From: an uncultured archaeon
GTDB lineage: Archaea; Altiarchaeota; Altiarchaeia; JAFGQM01
Reading direction: 5' to 3'
Length of the DNA: 18,828 nt
NCBI GenBank assembly: GCA_964619365.1
Contig: CAZUDQ010000001.1
Coordinates: 1-18,828, forward strand
The notes beneath the pieces were generated by a model that was not told where the DNA came from, ran no database searches, and saw nothing but the letters and a program-made list of their open reading frames with translations. Shown piece by piece: positions 18,701 through 18,828 of this stretch. Positions within the stretch are counted from its first letter, which is position 1, and the number at the start of each line of letters is the position of its first letter. A program made the translations under genes and the position numbers.

Positions 18701-18828
18701 TCAAAATCTCTCAGGTTTTAAAACGTTGCCTTGTCCTATAATCTCTCCAACAGCGTACATATTATTGTTATCAGAGTCCATATAAACTCGGAAATACCCG
18801 AGGAGTATGGTCCTATTGCCTTTAGGCA
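18701..18828 (-). CDS. 3' end of an upstream hypothetical gene (partial)
   Basis: Open minus frame ..PKGNRTILLGYFRVYMDSDNNNMYAVGEIIGQGNVLKPERF* ending at TGA 18701-18703, 2 nt before the next ATG. Confidence 0.55.
   Translation of the reverse strand, partial: PKGNRTILLGYFRVYMDSDNNNMYAVGEIIGQGNVLKPERF

Overview
Archaeal genomic window, possibly from a DPANN-type lineage. That assignment is inferred from the archaeal-type PyrF, the DUF2683/RelE toxin-antitoxin pair, TATA-like boxes with short leaders and a GLUG-repeat surface protein. From left to right: a >1276-aa secreted two-module GLUG-repeat protein on the minus strand, which runs off the left edge and is missing from the ORF track; an MBL-fold hydrolase; pyrF; an enolase with an unusual Cys-rich acidic C-terminal tail; a small basic orphan; a beta-CASP RNase; a RelE/DUF2683 TA module; a 2TM protein; a GNAT acetyltransferase broken by a frameshift in an A7 run; and yjbQ. 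Next is an operon of an AbrB/MraZ-ACT regulator, hisS, hisG, hisD, hisB and a HAD phosphatase. It converges on a hisC-like aminotransferase and an ornithine-cyclodeaminase/AlaDH-family gene, followed by a membrane-anchored glycoprotein. The most notable signal is the histidine-like cluster. HisS and HisG look canonical, but HisD, HisB and HisC each carry substitutions at normally conserved active-site positions, hisE/I/A/H/F are absent from the window, and a HAD phosphatase and an imine-reductase-family gene are included. This suggests a variant or repurposed late-His pathway with its own ACT-domain regulator and palindromic sites. No rRNA, tRNA, CRISPR array or transposase was seen.
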